From Takakia lepidozioides (lineage: Eukaryota > Plantae > Bryophyta), in assembly GCA_030704615.1 (NCBI GenBank), contig CM060735.1:75842-139841 (forward strand): DNA of 64,000 nucleotides, given 5' to 3'. Each line of letters opens with the position of its first letter. Positions within the stretch are counted from its first letter, which is position 1. The translations under genes and the position numbers were made by a program. Under the pieces are notes generated by a model that did not search any database, was not told the DNA's origin, and saw nothing but the letters and a program-made list of their open reading frames with translations. This document shows, piece by piece, positions 40,700 through 53,792 of the stretch.

Positions 40700-43174
40700 T
40701 TACAAACATAGACTTAGCGCCATTTGATGAGTGACTAAAAATAAGGGAGAGGGGTATAGAAAGAAAAAAGTAATAAAAAATAAAGTAATTGCTAGTAGTA
40801 AGGATTTTTCACGATCCATGGGTCTATATAGAATCCAGGTTTTAGGTGTATCAAAATACATTATTTTCACAAAGCGTATATAATAAAAACAACTGATAAC
40901 GCTAGTAACAACTCCTATTAAGGCTAGTAAGTAAGCCCCGCAGCCTAAAGCGGCGAAAAACAAATAGAATTTGCTACGAAATCCGGCTAACGGGGGTATT
41001 CCTGCGTATGGAAACATAGTAATAGACGGGGTAATAGCTGAAATAGGATTAGTTTTGGCTAAAGCACCTAAATCCGCTATATATTTGAAACGGTTTTGAC
41101 GTAATGCTAAAACTATGGCGAATACATTGATGGTCATTAATACATAAATAAAGACACCGATTAGTAGCGATTGAATCCCTTCTATGGTTCCACATGAAAA
41201 ACCAATGAAGAGATAACCTACATGTCCGATAGAACTATAAGCTAAAGGTCTTTTAACTTTGTTTTGGGCCATGGCGGCCAGTGCTCCTAAGATCATAGAA
41301 GCGATGCTGCAGAAAAGGAATAGTTGTTGCCATGTCGGATCATAGAAACTATAAATAGAAACACGTACCATATTGGCAAGAATAGAGATTTTAGGTGCAA
41401 TAGGAAAGAATGCTGTAACCGGAGTAGGTGAACCCTCGTATACATCAGGTGCCCACATATGAAAAGGAACTGCTGTGATCTTAAATGGAAAACCTACGGC
41501 AATAAATAAAATCCCCATAAAAATACCACTAGATTGAGCACCGAACGAAGTGATTTCATATCCAGTGAAAATCTTAGCTAATTCCTCAAAGTTAGTAACT
41601 CCAGTAAATCCGTAAATCATAGAACGACCAAACAATAAAATTCCAGGGGAGAATGCACCTAAAATAAAATATTTTGAGCCGGCTTCTGTGGAAAATTCAG
41701 AGTCTCTTTTTGGGGCTGCGATCACATGAAAACGTAAACTCTGAGGCTCAATAGCTAAATACGTGGCAATTAAATCATAAGCCGAGATCATAAGAAGCAT
41801 ACTGCGAGTAGGAAGTGAAATTGGGACAATAGATTCAAAAGCATTCAAACTCTCTTCTTTGAAATAATCCAAACACATAACTATAGTGCTAGCCGTACTT
41901 AATAATAGAAAGATTTGGCAAAAATATGTAAAATTGTCTATTATTAAATTATTATAGAATAAATTGGCAACAGTTAGAGGTGCGCCAGCGGCAACCAATA
42001 GGATGGTTATTAGATACCGATAGGGTTCTTACCCCCCGGTCAGAACCACACGTGCAAGTTTCCTTGCATGTGGCTCGTCCATGATAACTTCTTCGGGTTT
42101 ACGGACCGGGACCCCCCAGGGCTGGGCCTGCATAGACGAAACGGAACATCGGTCATGTTCGGAGTTGGCGTTATGCCATATCGTCTTCCATTCCCAAGGG
42201 GTATATTGGTTACGTCCGTAGGTGGAGTAATCAAAATCGCTGCTTTGCCCAGCTGTTGCCTTAGTCCTTCATTCAGGGTTGGTATATTGACGTAGGAAGT
42301 CTCGTTAGTATGAGGCTGAAAGTTAGTTACACTCAGCAAAAAAAAATATTTTTTTTTTCCCAGTCAGCTAGGCCAGCCTCTATTGGCATTATCCCAAATC
42401 GCTTCTCCGATTCTGCTACACCTTCCAGACGCGGCGCGCGTCCGCGTGTTTCCAGTACAGCGCATTATCACCTACCTCCCTTTCCTCCGAGCTCTTCACT
42501 CCAAGGGGCATCGTCGTATGCTCGACATTAATTGCCCGGTGTACTTTTCGGGGTACATTATGGAAGGATCTGTCACCCGTACATTTTTGGCCAAAGCCTC
42601 GGTCTCCAAGGGATTTTCAAAAGTCTTTTTTGAAATCGTAGCAAAATATTTTTTTTTCTCTGGGCTACGCCCCGCTTCTCTCGAAGCTGGTCCCTATAGA
42701 GTCCATTTGGGTGATCCCTAGTTTGCGCGTTTGGTCGTTTGCTCGCCGTTTAGTTACGTGTACGACTCTTCCTGTTCGTTACAGTTACGTCCGGAGGGTT
42801 GCTCGCGCGTGAGTAGCGTTCGGGCCCACGTGCCTTCCGGCCCCGCCCCTCGTTGGGGGGAGTTACCTTACTCCTATGCGTACGATTGTCCTTGCGGCGA
42901 AACGCGGATAGTACCCATGCTATGGTTCCCTGCGGTCTGATCCCACATAAGGTTAGGGAGTCCACCCGAGCGATTGCTTTCAACCTTCGTCTTCCCAAAC
43001 GCGCCCTCCTAGGCGCGCAACACTAAGTGAACCAAGCCAACTCACATTACGCACCAATGGTGGATAATCATATTTCTTAGAGGTACTAAATACAACTCCA
43101 TAAATAAGCGAAATGATGGTTGCGTTAATAAGAAAGATCTCTGGGAAAAGCGCTAAAAAATCATGTTCAAACAT
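40700..43174 (-). CDS. nad2: NADH dehydrogenase subunit 2 (489 aa; exons 43174-43019 and 42013-40700)
   Basis: MFEHDFLALFPEIFLIN.., STEAG.KYFILGA, AVPFHMWAPDVYEGSPT, LAYSSIGHVGY, AGIPPLAGF. 1470 nt. Confidence 0.97.
42014..43018 (-). mobile_element. Group II intron nad2i156
   Basis: 5' GCGCG after nt 156, 3' GGTAT, domain V at about 42043-42076. Confidence 0.92.
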
Positions 43175-43200
43175 TTCTTCGAACCTCTTTTTTATGTTTC

Positions 43201-45415
43201 TTAATCAAATTTTCCATGTTGCACTAAGTTACTTACGGAAGTATGCATACACTCTGGGAACACTTCGGGGTAAACACCCATCCGAATAACTCCGACAATA
43301 AAAGGTAAAAATATTAGAACTTCTCTTCTATTTAAATCGGATAATTTTTGGAGGAAATTGGGTTTTAAATTCCCAAAAATCACACGATTATATAGCCAAA
43401 GAGAATAAGCTGCGCCTAAAATCATCCCAAGTGCTGCTAATGTGGCCACTAAGCTATTTCTTTGGAAAGCTCCTACTAAAATGAGAAATTCCCCGATAGA
43501 GCTGCTAGTACCGGGTAAACTCATATTGGCTAAAGTGGGGAATAAGGGAATGGTAGGAAACATTGGCATGGTGCTGACTAAACCTCCATAATATTTAACA
43601 AGTCGAGTCTTATGTCGGTCATATGGAGCACCAACACGTGGAGAAGGGGCTGAAGGAACCGGTCCATGACTTGACATAGGTAAAATACTACCTTCAATTC
43701 CCTGTATGTTTGGACTGAACATACCAATAGTCACAAAATTCATATGGGCTACTGGAGAGTGGGCAATAATTTTCTTCAGATCGATTTGTCTTATTGTAGT
43801 CAAGGAAGTATATATAATAGCAATCACGCTTGGAGTATAAATGAAAGGAGTGGAATGAAGTGTCGCTTCAGGAAACATGGGTATGGAAAATCTTGAAAAA
43901 CCATAGGTTCCTAATTTTAGAAGAATTCCTGCCAAGATTACAGATCCAGCCGTAGGTGCCTCTACATGAGCTTCGGGTAACCGAATATGCACTGGTACCA
44001 TAGGCACTTTCACGGAGAGAGAAGCAAAAAAAGCAATCCATAGCAAGATTTGGCGCCGCTCACTAAATTCTGTAGTTAATAATATTTGTAAATCAGTGGT
44101 TCCTGTTTGAGAAAAAATAAATAAAATGGCTAAGAGCATGAAGACAGATCCAAGTAGAGTATATAAAAAAAACTGATATGCTGCTCGTATTTTTCTTCGT
44201 CTAGAACCCCATACCCCTATAATAATGGGAGAGTAAGGGATAGGCCCTCTGCTTTATCTCCCCACGATAAGTGGGTCGGGAAAACGCTTCTTCAGTAGGT
44301 ACCCACTCCCTTCTCAGGGAACCGTACGTGATACTCTCGCATCATACGGCTCCGTCTCGAGATAGCTGATGAGTCGGAAAGAAACGCCAAGCCGAAAAAA
44401 ATATATATTTTTTATTTTGGTCCTCTCTTTTGTTTCAGCAACTCATCCTGCGGCCTCGCCAATCGCTTCCGGGGGGAGGAATCGACCTGAGGCCTTTTCT
44501 CAAGACCAGGACGATTATCCCTGTCAACTCAATAGGTAGCTGACGAGTTTACGTCCATCCCCAGGCGTCGGGTACAGTTCCCTTCCCCGCCACCCCCGTA
44601 GCCGTCACCTGTAATTCGCGCAGGTGTGTCTGCACCCCCTGGACTTGACGAAAAATGTTTTCCCGCAGCAAAACTCCATTCTCCTCCGCCTAGGAGCACC
44701 CTTTCCTGCATGTCCATACAATACTCGAGTAGGCAGGGTGAAGTCTTGCAAGGTACCCATTCAGAGTACCTCCCTAATCCCAGATAGGTCATCCGACGGG
44801 TTCGACCAAAAAGCTATGCTTACACACAAGACTACCCTTCTCCGAAAGCTTCGCGGGGACTACTAAACTTAGATCCGCCCGGAGGAGTTTACTGCACAAG
44901 GCTCCTGCAGAGGCGGCGCTTCGCGCCGCGAATATCAGATGCTCAGCTCCGCACAACATAGGGATTGAAACGCTTTCAGGAAAAACATAAGATAGTAAAA
45001 GATCCGGCATGCGAAACACAGCAATCATGAAAGATTCACGAATTAAAAACGCTATCATATACTCTTTTTTATAACTCTTGATACTGGACCAACCTACTGG
45101 AATGCGAATAGGAATTAAAAATGTGGTCAAGACCACAGAGAATAAAGAGATACCATCTATACCTATGTGAAAATTGATGTTTGAATAAGGAAGCCATCGA
45201 ATGGTTTCCACAAATTGAAATTTGGCTGTAGAATTATCGAATTGTATCCAAGGAAAGGGAGAATACAAAAAAGTAATCAAAGAGGTGCACAAACCAATAC
45301 TTCGTATCAGTCGTATTCTTGAATCAGGGATAACAAAAGTAATAATGCTTCCTAACGGAGGACACGGAATAAGACCACTGAGATTGGAATAAAATGGAGC
45401 TAAGAATTGTAACGT
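43201..45415 (-). CDS. nad4: NADH dehydrogenase subunit 4 (495 aa; exons 45415-44955 and 44227-43201; ACG start)
   Basis: GIDGISLF, KVPMVPVHI.LPEAHVEAPTAGSVILAGILLKLG, QIDLKKIIA, LANMSLPGT. 1488 nt. Confidence 0.97.
44228..44954 (-). mobile_element. Group II intron nad4i461
   Basis: 5' GTGCG after nt 461; domain V at about 44320-44353; strong similarity to nad1i728. Confidence 0.92.
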
Positions 45416-46046
45416 AAATGTTTACTCTTCTTCCAATAAATCCCGAGGACGCAGCTCTCTTCGCAGGCCGCAGGTCTATATCTCTTCTCGGCTTTCCAGC
45501 CATAGCGGCCGATGGGTATATCACCCCGCACTTATATACATAACGCCCGTAACAATTGCATAACTTGATGGGCTTTTGTATGCGCATACTATGTAATTGC
45601 ATGCTTCGCCCTTCGCTGCTTTGCCCAACGCTTCAGGGCCTGCTACTATGACCGGACGGACCCGGTCAAGGCCGGGGGGATAAGAAAAAGCCAATTAATG
45701 GGCCAAAAAAAATTTTTTTTTCCGTTCTATGTTTCTTTCGTTTTCTCCCCTCCGACCCTCGATCTATCATTCCATCATTCCAACCTTTACTTCCTCCTTC
45801 CCCCTCCTCGGATTCCCTATAGTATAGGCCCGAACCAATCCCGTGCTGAGGACTCCTTTTTTCAGGACTCATCGTAGATGAACTGCAAAGCGTAGCTTGG
45901 GCTCCAAGAAAAATCTATTTTTTTTTTCGCTCGTCAGGCTTCGGGCCTCGGCCCTCCCTCCCAGCGGAGCTGAGAAAAGGGCGTAGCACCGGCTTATCAT
46001 TGCGTCCCTTGAAGTTTCGTGTTATTATACGAGGAAGTTTGGACCT

Positions 46047-49000
46047 TTGGTTCGTGCTAATGTCTTTTTCGAAACGGATAAATAGAAAACTCACTATGTA
46101 AATAAAATACAATCGATTATCTACCCGAAAAGAAATAGAATCCCACAGACCTATTATGGTAATAAATATGGTTAAGCCAATCGACATCACAGAAGCATAA
46201 TGATAAACAAAGCCACTTTGAAGTTTACTGATTTGCTTGGCTAATTTTCGAAATGTGTACGAAATCCCATAAGGCCCCAAGATTTCAATAGCACCCTTAT
46301 CTAAAGCTTTAAATGAGACTTCGTATCCAAGATGCAAAAACGATCTAACTATAAGGTCATTAAAAACTTTATCAAAAAACCAGCGCTTATTTAAAAAGCA
46401 ATATAGTCGATTACCCAAAGTACTAGTTTTCGAAGCGAAAATGAATTGATTTGCTACAAAATTTATATTATACGCCACAAAAGCACCTAAAGTACTAAAC
46501 AAAATAGGAATTAGTTTGATAATTGTTGGAGTAGCAAACTCGGATTCGGCAATAATTTCATTTTTGGGTAGTGTGAAAAGGGAATTAGCCCGAAAATTGG
46601 TACCTAAACCAATCATCGTATCGGTCCCTAAGCCGTTCCATTGCTGGAACGGCTTGGCTTCAAAACCGTACGTGAGGCTTCCGCCTCATACGGCTCCTCT
46701 CAGGATTTTCCGTCTCCCCGCTTGTTTTCAACATGGCAATGCTTGTCTAGGAGTTGAAGGTTGTTGTATACGAACACCCAAGGATTTCACTTTGATGTGG
46801 TCTACTCCCATGTCCTCGTGGTTTCCGAACATCTTTGGGCAATGTACTCAAGAGCCCCTTCAGGAGTTTGGCTACCGCATCTGGAGCCTCAGATTCCAGT
46901 AAATATTATTTCCGTCGAAGGTGCGCAGCGGAGAAGAGAAGTCGAAACGGAAAAAAAATATAGATTTCTTTGCTGTTGCGCCCTCTCCTCACTCGGCTTG
47001 TATTTCCATTGGGCTCTTATCTTGTCTCACCTTAATGTGCTTGTGGCTAGCTATCCAACTCGGTTTGACCAGGTAATATTCTTTTTTAACCCCAAAGGCC
47101 GTTGTGTAGGAGTCGTACGAAATCCAGTTATCTTGGTGTGCTTTCCCTTGGAAGATCCAGCTTCTCCTTTCAGGGAAGTACTTTAGTTTGATTTTATCAC
47201 GACCCCATGTTGGGTGCCGTCGGTACACCCATGCTCGGATCTTTTGAAAGATGTCATGGTCTAGTCTCCGGAATACATTGCTGCATTCGGAGTATTTGAA
47301 GTAGTTGCCCCATCCCACTATTTCGGGTACCGGGGTTGCGATAGGTTGGTAGGCCGCTTTTCCCTTTGAGAGTTGGATGGCCCGTCGAATCTCCTCGAGA
47401 AATCTCCGGCGAGACTCACGAGACGGAGTTATTAAAGTTTTCACTTTGCCCCATTTCCAGATATGATTGATTGGGAACCCTAGGAATTGGAACCCGGATC
47501 TGGTGTTGACTATCTGGGTCTTATCCGGGTGCAATTCTAGTCCCATGCACTTTAACCATTCCCCCAGAAATGTCCGAGCCTGTTCTAGGACCTCCCTGGA
47601 TTGGTGAAGTACAACGAAGTCGTTGGCATATCTAACCAGTATCGGAGTTGGTTCTTGGGGGTGTGCTTTCAGTGCCCACTCCCCCAAAGCTGTCTCCATC
47701 CCATGGAGAGCAATGTTGGCTAGCAGTGGGGAGATGACACCACAGGTGCCCATATTACTGGTCTCCACGTACTGGGGATTATTCCCCAATCCGGTCATGA
47801 TGTCGGCTTTCAGCCAGGCTTTGACCTGTCTGGCTAGACTAGACAGAGTTTTAAGTTTGTCCAAGAGGGCTTCGTGGTTGATGCGATCGAAACATTTGGA
47901 AATGTCCGCGTTCGGAACATACTTAGGCTTGGCTCGAATAGCTAAGAATATGGCTTCGATGGCATCCTGGCAGCTCCGTCCAGGTCTGAATCCATAGGAA
48001 TTGGGTTCGAAGCGGGCTTCCCATTCGGGTTCCGGGGCCATCCTGGCCAAAGCCTGCTTGGCTCTGTCCCCGATAACGGGGATGGGCCGGAGAGATGAAA
48101 AGGCGCGAAGTGCAGTTCGATAAAAAAAATCTATATTTTTTTTGGCTGGTAGTTTTCTGGGCGCAAAGCGCGCTCGGTTGACTTTACGTCTTCTGGCGCG
48201 CGGCGCAGAAAGGGCGCAGCAAAATATATATATTTTTATTGCTGGTAGTTTTCTGGCTTGTAGTTTTATTGGTCGCTTTTCCTCCTCCCGGGGCTCCGAT
48301 ATCCCTATTCGACGAATGGGCGTAGCCTTCCCATCCAATTGGAGCCCTCTTGCCATCTCTATTCTTTGTGGCCCCGAGGTCACCACCTTCTCGTCAATGC
48401 CAGGGTTTTTTCTCCCTCGGTTCTCCTGTGTAACTCGTCTCACGGCTAATAGTCTGGCGTGTATATTTTGTATGAGTCTAGATTGTGGAGCACGCATCTT
48501 ATCCGTATCGTTGGAGCGAGAAGCTTGGTAAATCCTGGTTTGGAGTCTAAAAACAACTGCCTTGACCTTAGGCCAAGGAATTTGTTCCCGGGGTATCGTT
48601 CGGGTATCTATGTATAACCTACTCATAACTTATTCTCCTTTCCAGTTTCTACTGAGATCCCAAGTCTCCAAGTGGGCATAATAAAAATGCTGCGAAAAAA
48701 AATATATTTTGGCTGGCTGCGCCCTGCGGCCTTGGCTTTTTAGAGAATCCTGCTCCCGTGGGGCTTGTAGCTTGGCAGCCCACCGCAAGGGAGCCCTACC
48801 GGAGTCTTCCAGTTTCGAGTGTATTGGATAGTTATAGCGGCCCATAGGCGCGAGATGTACTTTGCGGGGCGGTCCCCGGGACATAGTCCTTTCAGACAGT
48901 GGCCGTTTAGTCCATGGTCCATTGGATGTTCGGTGCAAGACCAAAATTTTGCACTGCAAGTACCCCTCGTTCCTGCCCCTCGGGCCCGTCCCTCAGTGTG

Positions 49001-52000
49001 GCCAGTACTTGATACTGTCGGGCAGCAAAGCTTACACTTGTTCACTCATGATGGTTCACCAGGGCCTCTTTCCTCCTCCCTTTTTTGCTCACTTCCAACT
49101 CAGAGTCTGCCAGACCTCCTACAAAGGAAAGAGAGTCGACTGAACATCTCAGCCATTGGCGGGAATTTCGCCCGCATCCAATTCTCAATTATCGTTCACC
49201 TCGAAAAAAAAATATATTTCTTCCGTGTTGGGTGAGCAACAGCCGCTTCGTCACAGGAGTGACTTATGGGCTAACAGGTCACACTTTGGCCAAGTATCCT
49301 ACAAAAATACTTCCAGAAGCTAAAAGGATTAAAGGGATTGCCATAAGAATGGGCGCATCGTGACATCGTAAGATGTCTCGCTTGAACGAATTTGTTGGTG
49401 CTAAAAAGGTTGGGAAAAGTAAACGAAAAGAGTAATAAGAAGTAAAGAAGACAGAGACACTTCCCAACCGGAAAGCAAAGTTACCACTGATTGTATATTT
49501 AGTATAAGCAGGCTCTGAAATAACATCTTTGGAGTAAAATCCGGTACGAAGAGGGAAACCTATTAGAGATAAGCTGCCTATAAGCATCATAGCATAAGTG
49601 AAAGGTAACAAGGAAGCAAGCCCTCCCATCTTACGCATATCTTGCTCATCCGACATGGCATGAATCACTGAACCTGCACTCAAAAGGAGTAATGCTTTAA
49701 AAAAAGCGTGATTCATTAAGTGAAATACGCTAACAGAATAGTTAGAAATGCCGCGAGCAAAGATCATATAGCCTAATTGACTACGAGTTGGATAGGCTAT
49801 GACCCTCTTTAAATCGTTCTGTAATATTCCGGTGGTTGCCGCGAAGAATGACGTCATAGCTCCTACAGGAGTAGTAACAATCGAAGCATTGGGTGAGTAT
49901 TCGAATGAAGGGGAGCACCTTGCTATCATGGAAACGCCTGCTGTTACCGTAGTAGCTGCATGAATCGAAGCGGATACTGGAGTGGGCCACTCCTGCTGCA
50001 TAACCCCTTACGCTTCCACAAGGCCAGGAAAAGGATATTTCGGAGCATTGGGTAATGAGCTGGTGGGCCTAGCAAGAGTAGGGACTGGATCTTCCACTTA
50101 TGAAATAGAGACTCTCCCAATAATCTTACGGATGGCCGCTGCGCCCCTAACAACTGAGATGTTTTTTCTCTTCCATACATGAATAGATTTGACGCCATCT
50201 CAGCCCCATCCCAACGCTTTTGGGAGATATATATCTCCCAAAGCAGAATAAAACTTTTGGGGCTTTTTCGAACCGAATCCTGGTAGATCCGGCGCGCAGC
50301 GCTTTGGTAACGATGACGATAAGGCTGGGCCCAGGCCAATAATTCGGCCTTTTTGGGATGTGACACCAGGTCGCGCTGGAAAGAAAAATATATATATTTT
50401 TCTTTCCGCTCCCTCCAAGTCGAGCTTATAACCAAAATGATGAGTGTTTGATTCGATACAAGGTTTCTCCACATGCCCAAAATATATACGGATCCTTTTA
50501 TTTTCTAAGATTTTCACATCTAGACTATGTAATCTAAAAAATGACCGAACGACAAAATAGTGCTTCGTACCTTAGGTAAATCCGACCAGCTTCTCTTTCC
50601 AGGGAGAAATTCCATTTCGAACAAGAGGTCTCACGTACAGTCTCTGAGGATCCTATAGAGTTCCTTCGGCCTTTACTTCGCTGGGTGGACTTGGCCTTCC
50701 TTTATAGGTTTCCTGCTGATCGGTCAAAATGAGATATTTTTCCGATGGGGACTCTCATTCGGTCGACGATTCCGGCATGCAGTGAGATTGTTGGAATGTA
50801 CCTAAATGGCACATGAGAGCCCTCAAATCTTCGAAAACCCTCCATTGCATCAGGTAACCAAGTATGCAATCCTATTTGTGCAGATTTTCCAACAGCGCCA
50901 ATAAGAGGTAAAATACGAATAACAGTTATGGCATGAAATCTCATATTACGAGAAATGAAATAATGATGGGGTTCGGAAAAGGCGCTAGCACGAGCAAAAA
51001 TAGTCGAAAAGTCTACTGTTTGAAGAATAGTAAAACGACCCATAATCCCGAGAGCTGATCCAAAATCACCTACTCGATTGACAAGCATAGCTTTTATAGC
51101 TGCTTTATTGGCCTGAAGCCGTGTAAACCGGAAATTAATTAACAAATATGAAGCGAGACCTACTCCTTCCCATCCCAAGAATGATTGAATGAAATTATCT
51201 CCGGTAACCAACATTGGCGTAAAAAAAGTAGAAATGGATAAATGACACATAAATCGAGGGCTATGTGGATCCTCGGACATATATGAAATGGAATAAAGAT
51301 GAACTAAGCTACTTACAAGTGTAACCACAATTGACATAACTACAGTCGGACTATCAGACACAGAGTCGAGAGGTTTACTTCACCGGGGCCTTGATTCTGC
51401 GAATCAAGCGGGAAATTTTTCTCGTACCGCAATGCGGCCGTTCACCCAAGTGAAATAATCAAGTGCTCCCCGAACCGTGCGAGATGGTTACCCATCACAC
51501 GGCTCACCAACTTGAGATTGTGGTTAAGGCTTGGGGTAACCAGCGTATGTCCGAGCAGGCCGCAGCAAAAAATTCTTTTTTCTTTTCGCTGCATATTTTT
51601 TTTCCCGTTCAGTCTCATTCGAGGGTACGGTGCCGCTTACCTTTGCCACTCGAGTGTACGGCATCTGCCGACTTAGGCCCCTTCCCTTCTGCTGATTCCA
51701 GCGCTTTCCCCTCACGGGAAAAAAAATCGCAGCCAAAATCGGATATTTGAAGCTGCGCCCTTTCGGGTAGGCGGGTACTACGAGCCTTCTGCCCCACGCA
51801 TTTGCCCAGCGGGCAGATGCGTGGTTCACCGGTTCCACCGAATACTCTATTGATGCCGAGACATAGGTGCGCTTGAAGTGGTGTGCTGTCCTTATTGGAC
51901 CCAGGCCCCCCCTTTGTCCTCCGGGCATATGCGCCCCCTTGCTGCCCATATGCGGGGGGAAGCGCCGTGTTACCTAGCCTTTACATGGGACCTCGCCCGA

Positions 52001-52481
52001 CGCGCCAAGTTTGGGATACCTCCTCCACCTTACGTTCGTGACCTACGGCCTCACCTGTGTCTCGAAGACACGGTCGGGGCACAGCCAAGGATATTTTTGG
52101 CTACGTCCAGTATGCCCCTTTCCCGACATGCTATGGTGCTCTAAGGGAGTTCGTCCCACAGAGTGAGTCGAGTCCGTCTCGCCGCGGAGCAACTGCAGCG
52201 TCCAGATAATCTATCTATCTGGCAATTCATCCGGTGACTTCACGGTCGCCAAAGGAGCCCCGAGAAGCATCAAACATCTCCGGAAAAATCCGTGGAGCAA
52301 TTTTTATATAGCAAGCACTGGCTCCCAGTGCAACTTCGTGAAAAGCAATCAAAGGTAAAATAGAAGATAATGGAACACACGTGGTTGTGACTATAGCAGT
52401 TCCTCGTGAACCGAGAAAACGACCAAAAGCACCTGCTACGCGACTACCTAGCAAAGGTAAAGTTACGATTAGTAAATACGT
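46047..52481 (-). CDS. nad5: NADH dehydrogenase subunit 5 (676 aa; exons 52481-52252, 51359-50837, 49986-49285, 46622-46047; ACG start, CAA->UAA stop)
   Basis: [44 protein letters not shown]|[28 protein letters not shown]. 2031 nt. Confidence 0.96.
46623..49284 (-). mobile_element. Group II intron nad5i1455
   Basis: 5' GTGTG after nt 1455; domain V at about 46663-46695; contains a long RT ORF. Confidence 0.92.
46989..48626 (-). CDS. Intron-encoded reverse transcriptase/maturase (545 aa open frame, degenerate catalytic motifs)
   Basis: RT0 ([22 protein letters not shown]), RT2-3 ([32 protein letters not shown]), RT4 ([12 protein letters not shown]), RT5 (VRYANDFVV), FLGF, and X domain GWGNYF. 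Confidence 0.8.
   Translation of the reverse strand: MSRLYIDTRTIPREQIPWPKVKAVVFRLQTRIYQASRSNDTDKMRAPQSRLIQNIHARLLAVRRVTQENRGRKNPGIDEKVVTSGPQRIEMARGLQLDGKATPIRRIGISEPREEEKRPIKLQARKLPAIKIYIFCCALSAPRARRRKVNRARFAPRKLPAKKNIDFFYRTALRAFSSLRPIPVIGDRAKQALARMAPEPEWEARFEPNSYGFRPGRSCQDAIEAIFLAIRAKPKYVPNADISKCFDRINHEALLDKLKTLSSLARQVKAWLKADIMTGLGNNPQYVETSNMGTCGVISPLLANIALHGMETALGEWALKAHPQEPTPILVRYANDFVVLHQSREVLEQARTFLGEWLKCMGLELHPDKTQIVNTRSGFQFLGFPINHIWKWGKVKTLITPSRESRRRFLEEIRRAIQLSKGKAAYQPIATPVPEIVGWGNYFKYSECSNVFRRLDHDIFQKIRAWVYRRHPTWGRDKIKLKYFPERRSWIFQGKAHQDNWISYDSYTTAFGVKKEYYLVKPSWIASHKHIKVRQDKSPMEIQAE
49987..50836 (-). mobile_element. Group I intron nad5i753
   Basis: Exon ends in U at nt 753 (MEG|PT) and the intron ends in G. 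A possible endonuclease remnant lies inside but is weak. Confidence 0.9.
51360..52251 (-). mobile_element. Group II intron nad5i230 (splice sites +/-1 nt)
   Basis: 5' (T)GGCGACCGTGAAGTCACC; domain V at about 51472-51505. Confidence 0.88.
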
Positions 52482-53606
52482 ACATAAATCATTTTTTTTT
52501 TTATGGTGACCGAAATCAAATCGATTGGGTAGATAATTGATTGTATTTTGGGCGACAGCTGCACGAGCCAAGACTTAGATGAAGGCTCTCCTAATAAATT
52601 GACGACACAGCCCAACAAAGCGAGTTTTTGGCGCATCCACCCCAATAGAGTTAATCGCAGGCCATTACGTAGTAATGGCATAATTGAAAGATGGGTCATC
52701 TTGAATAAGAGAGTTTGTTTTACTAAGTGCCTTCATTATGCAGGAACTACGGGAAAAAATGTTGTTTTTTTTTCGCACAGCGGGCGGAACAAGCTTGGCT
52801 ACGCCGCTGTTATCACTCTATCGGTCCTGATGGAAGCCGATGGCATATGCAATCAAGATTTTGCTTGGTAAAAGCTCAGGAGGCCATTTAGATAATGAGA
52901 GAGAATAAGGCGGACGAAAAAAAAAAGATTTTTTTTTCCTCTCCTACTTTGTTCGCGAAGCGAATCGGCGAGAGAAAAAAAGCAACTCCCTGGCTGCCTT
53001 TATTTGCTTGACGAGGACGGTGAAAGGTGGGGGGCTGGGGCCCTTTTTAAACGTAGTTGCCGGACCAGAGAATTAAAAGAAATATATATATATTTTTCTG
53101 TTTACTTCTTCACCAACTTATTATCTCCCATTATATCATATCATATAGAGGGCGAAGCCACCTAGAACAAAGCTCATAATTTTTTTCGCTATGCGTTTAT
53201 TATTCTAACCCTTGGACTTTATTGCCTTTCTTCAGCCTTCGGCGAAGAAAAGCATTCTCCTCTTTTAGATAAAGTAGAGAGAGGCTTACCCTTTCATTGG
53301 AGTATTCTCCAAGCCATTGCCAAGGCTTTTGCGACCATGGTTAGATCAAATTGAGTCATTTTTTCGGCACTATCTCGGATCTAAGATAGACTGGTATAAA
53401 TCAATAAAAAGGGGGCTCTCCGCGCCTTAGGGCAGAGGGCGCAGCAAAATATATGGTTTTTCAAATATTTTAAAAAATGCCGCAGGTCCGGCCAAGCCAG
53501 AATAAGCCTCGTATTGCGAAGAAGCCGGGGGTGTCTGGAGAATAAAGTGGCGAGAAGAAAACGGAACAGAAAGATTTTGTCTCCGCTCCGCGCTTCGCTC
53601 CTCCAA

Positions 53607-53686
53607 GCTCACTTGGTGAAAATGGTAAACACGACAGACTTAAAATCTGTTCCTATGGGTTATCGGTTCAAGTCCGATAGTGAGCA
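53607..53686 (+). tRNA. trnL: tRNA-Leu (UAA)
   Basis: GCTCACT/AGTGAGC acceptor, ACAGA-CTTAAAA-TCTGT, long variable arm. Confidence 0.93.
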
Positions 53687-53687
53687 T

Positions 53688-53767
53688 ACTCGCTTGGTGG
53701 AAATGGTAGACACGACAGTCTCAAAATTTGTTCCTATGGGTTATCGGTTCGAATCCGATAGCGAGTA
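53688..53767 (+). tRNA. trnL: tRNA-Leu (CAA)
   Basis: ACTCGCT/AGCGAGT acceptor, ACAGT-CTCAAAA-TTTGT; near copy of the preceding tRNA. Confidence 0.9.
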
Positions 53768-53792
53768 TCTTAATGTCTGAATTGGGAGGAAG

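Noticed and set aside
48627-48959. U-to-C editing removing the TAA to extend the nad5i1455 maturase upstream
   Set aside because: The upstream ORF is in frame, but no conserved gene here needs reverse editing, so there is no support.
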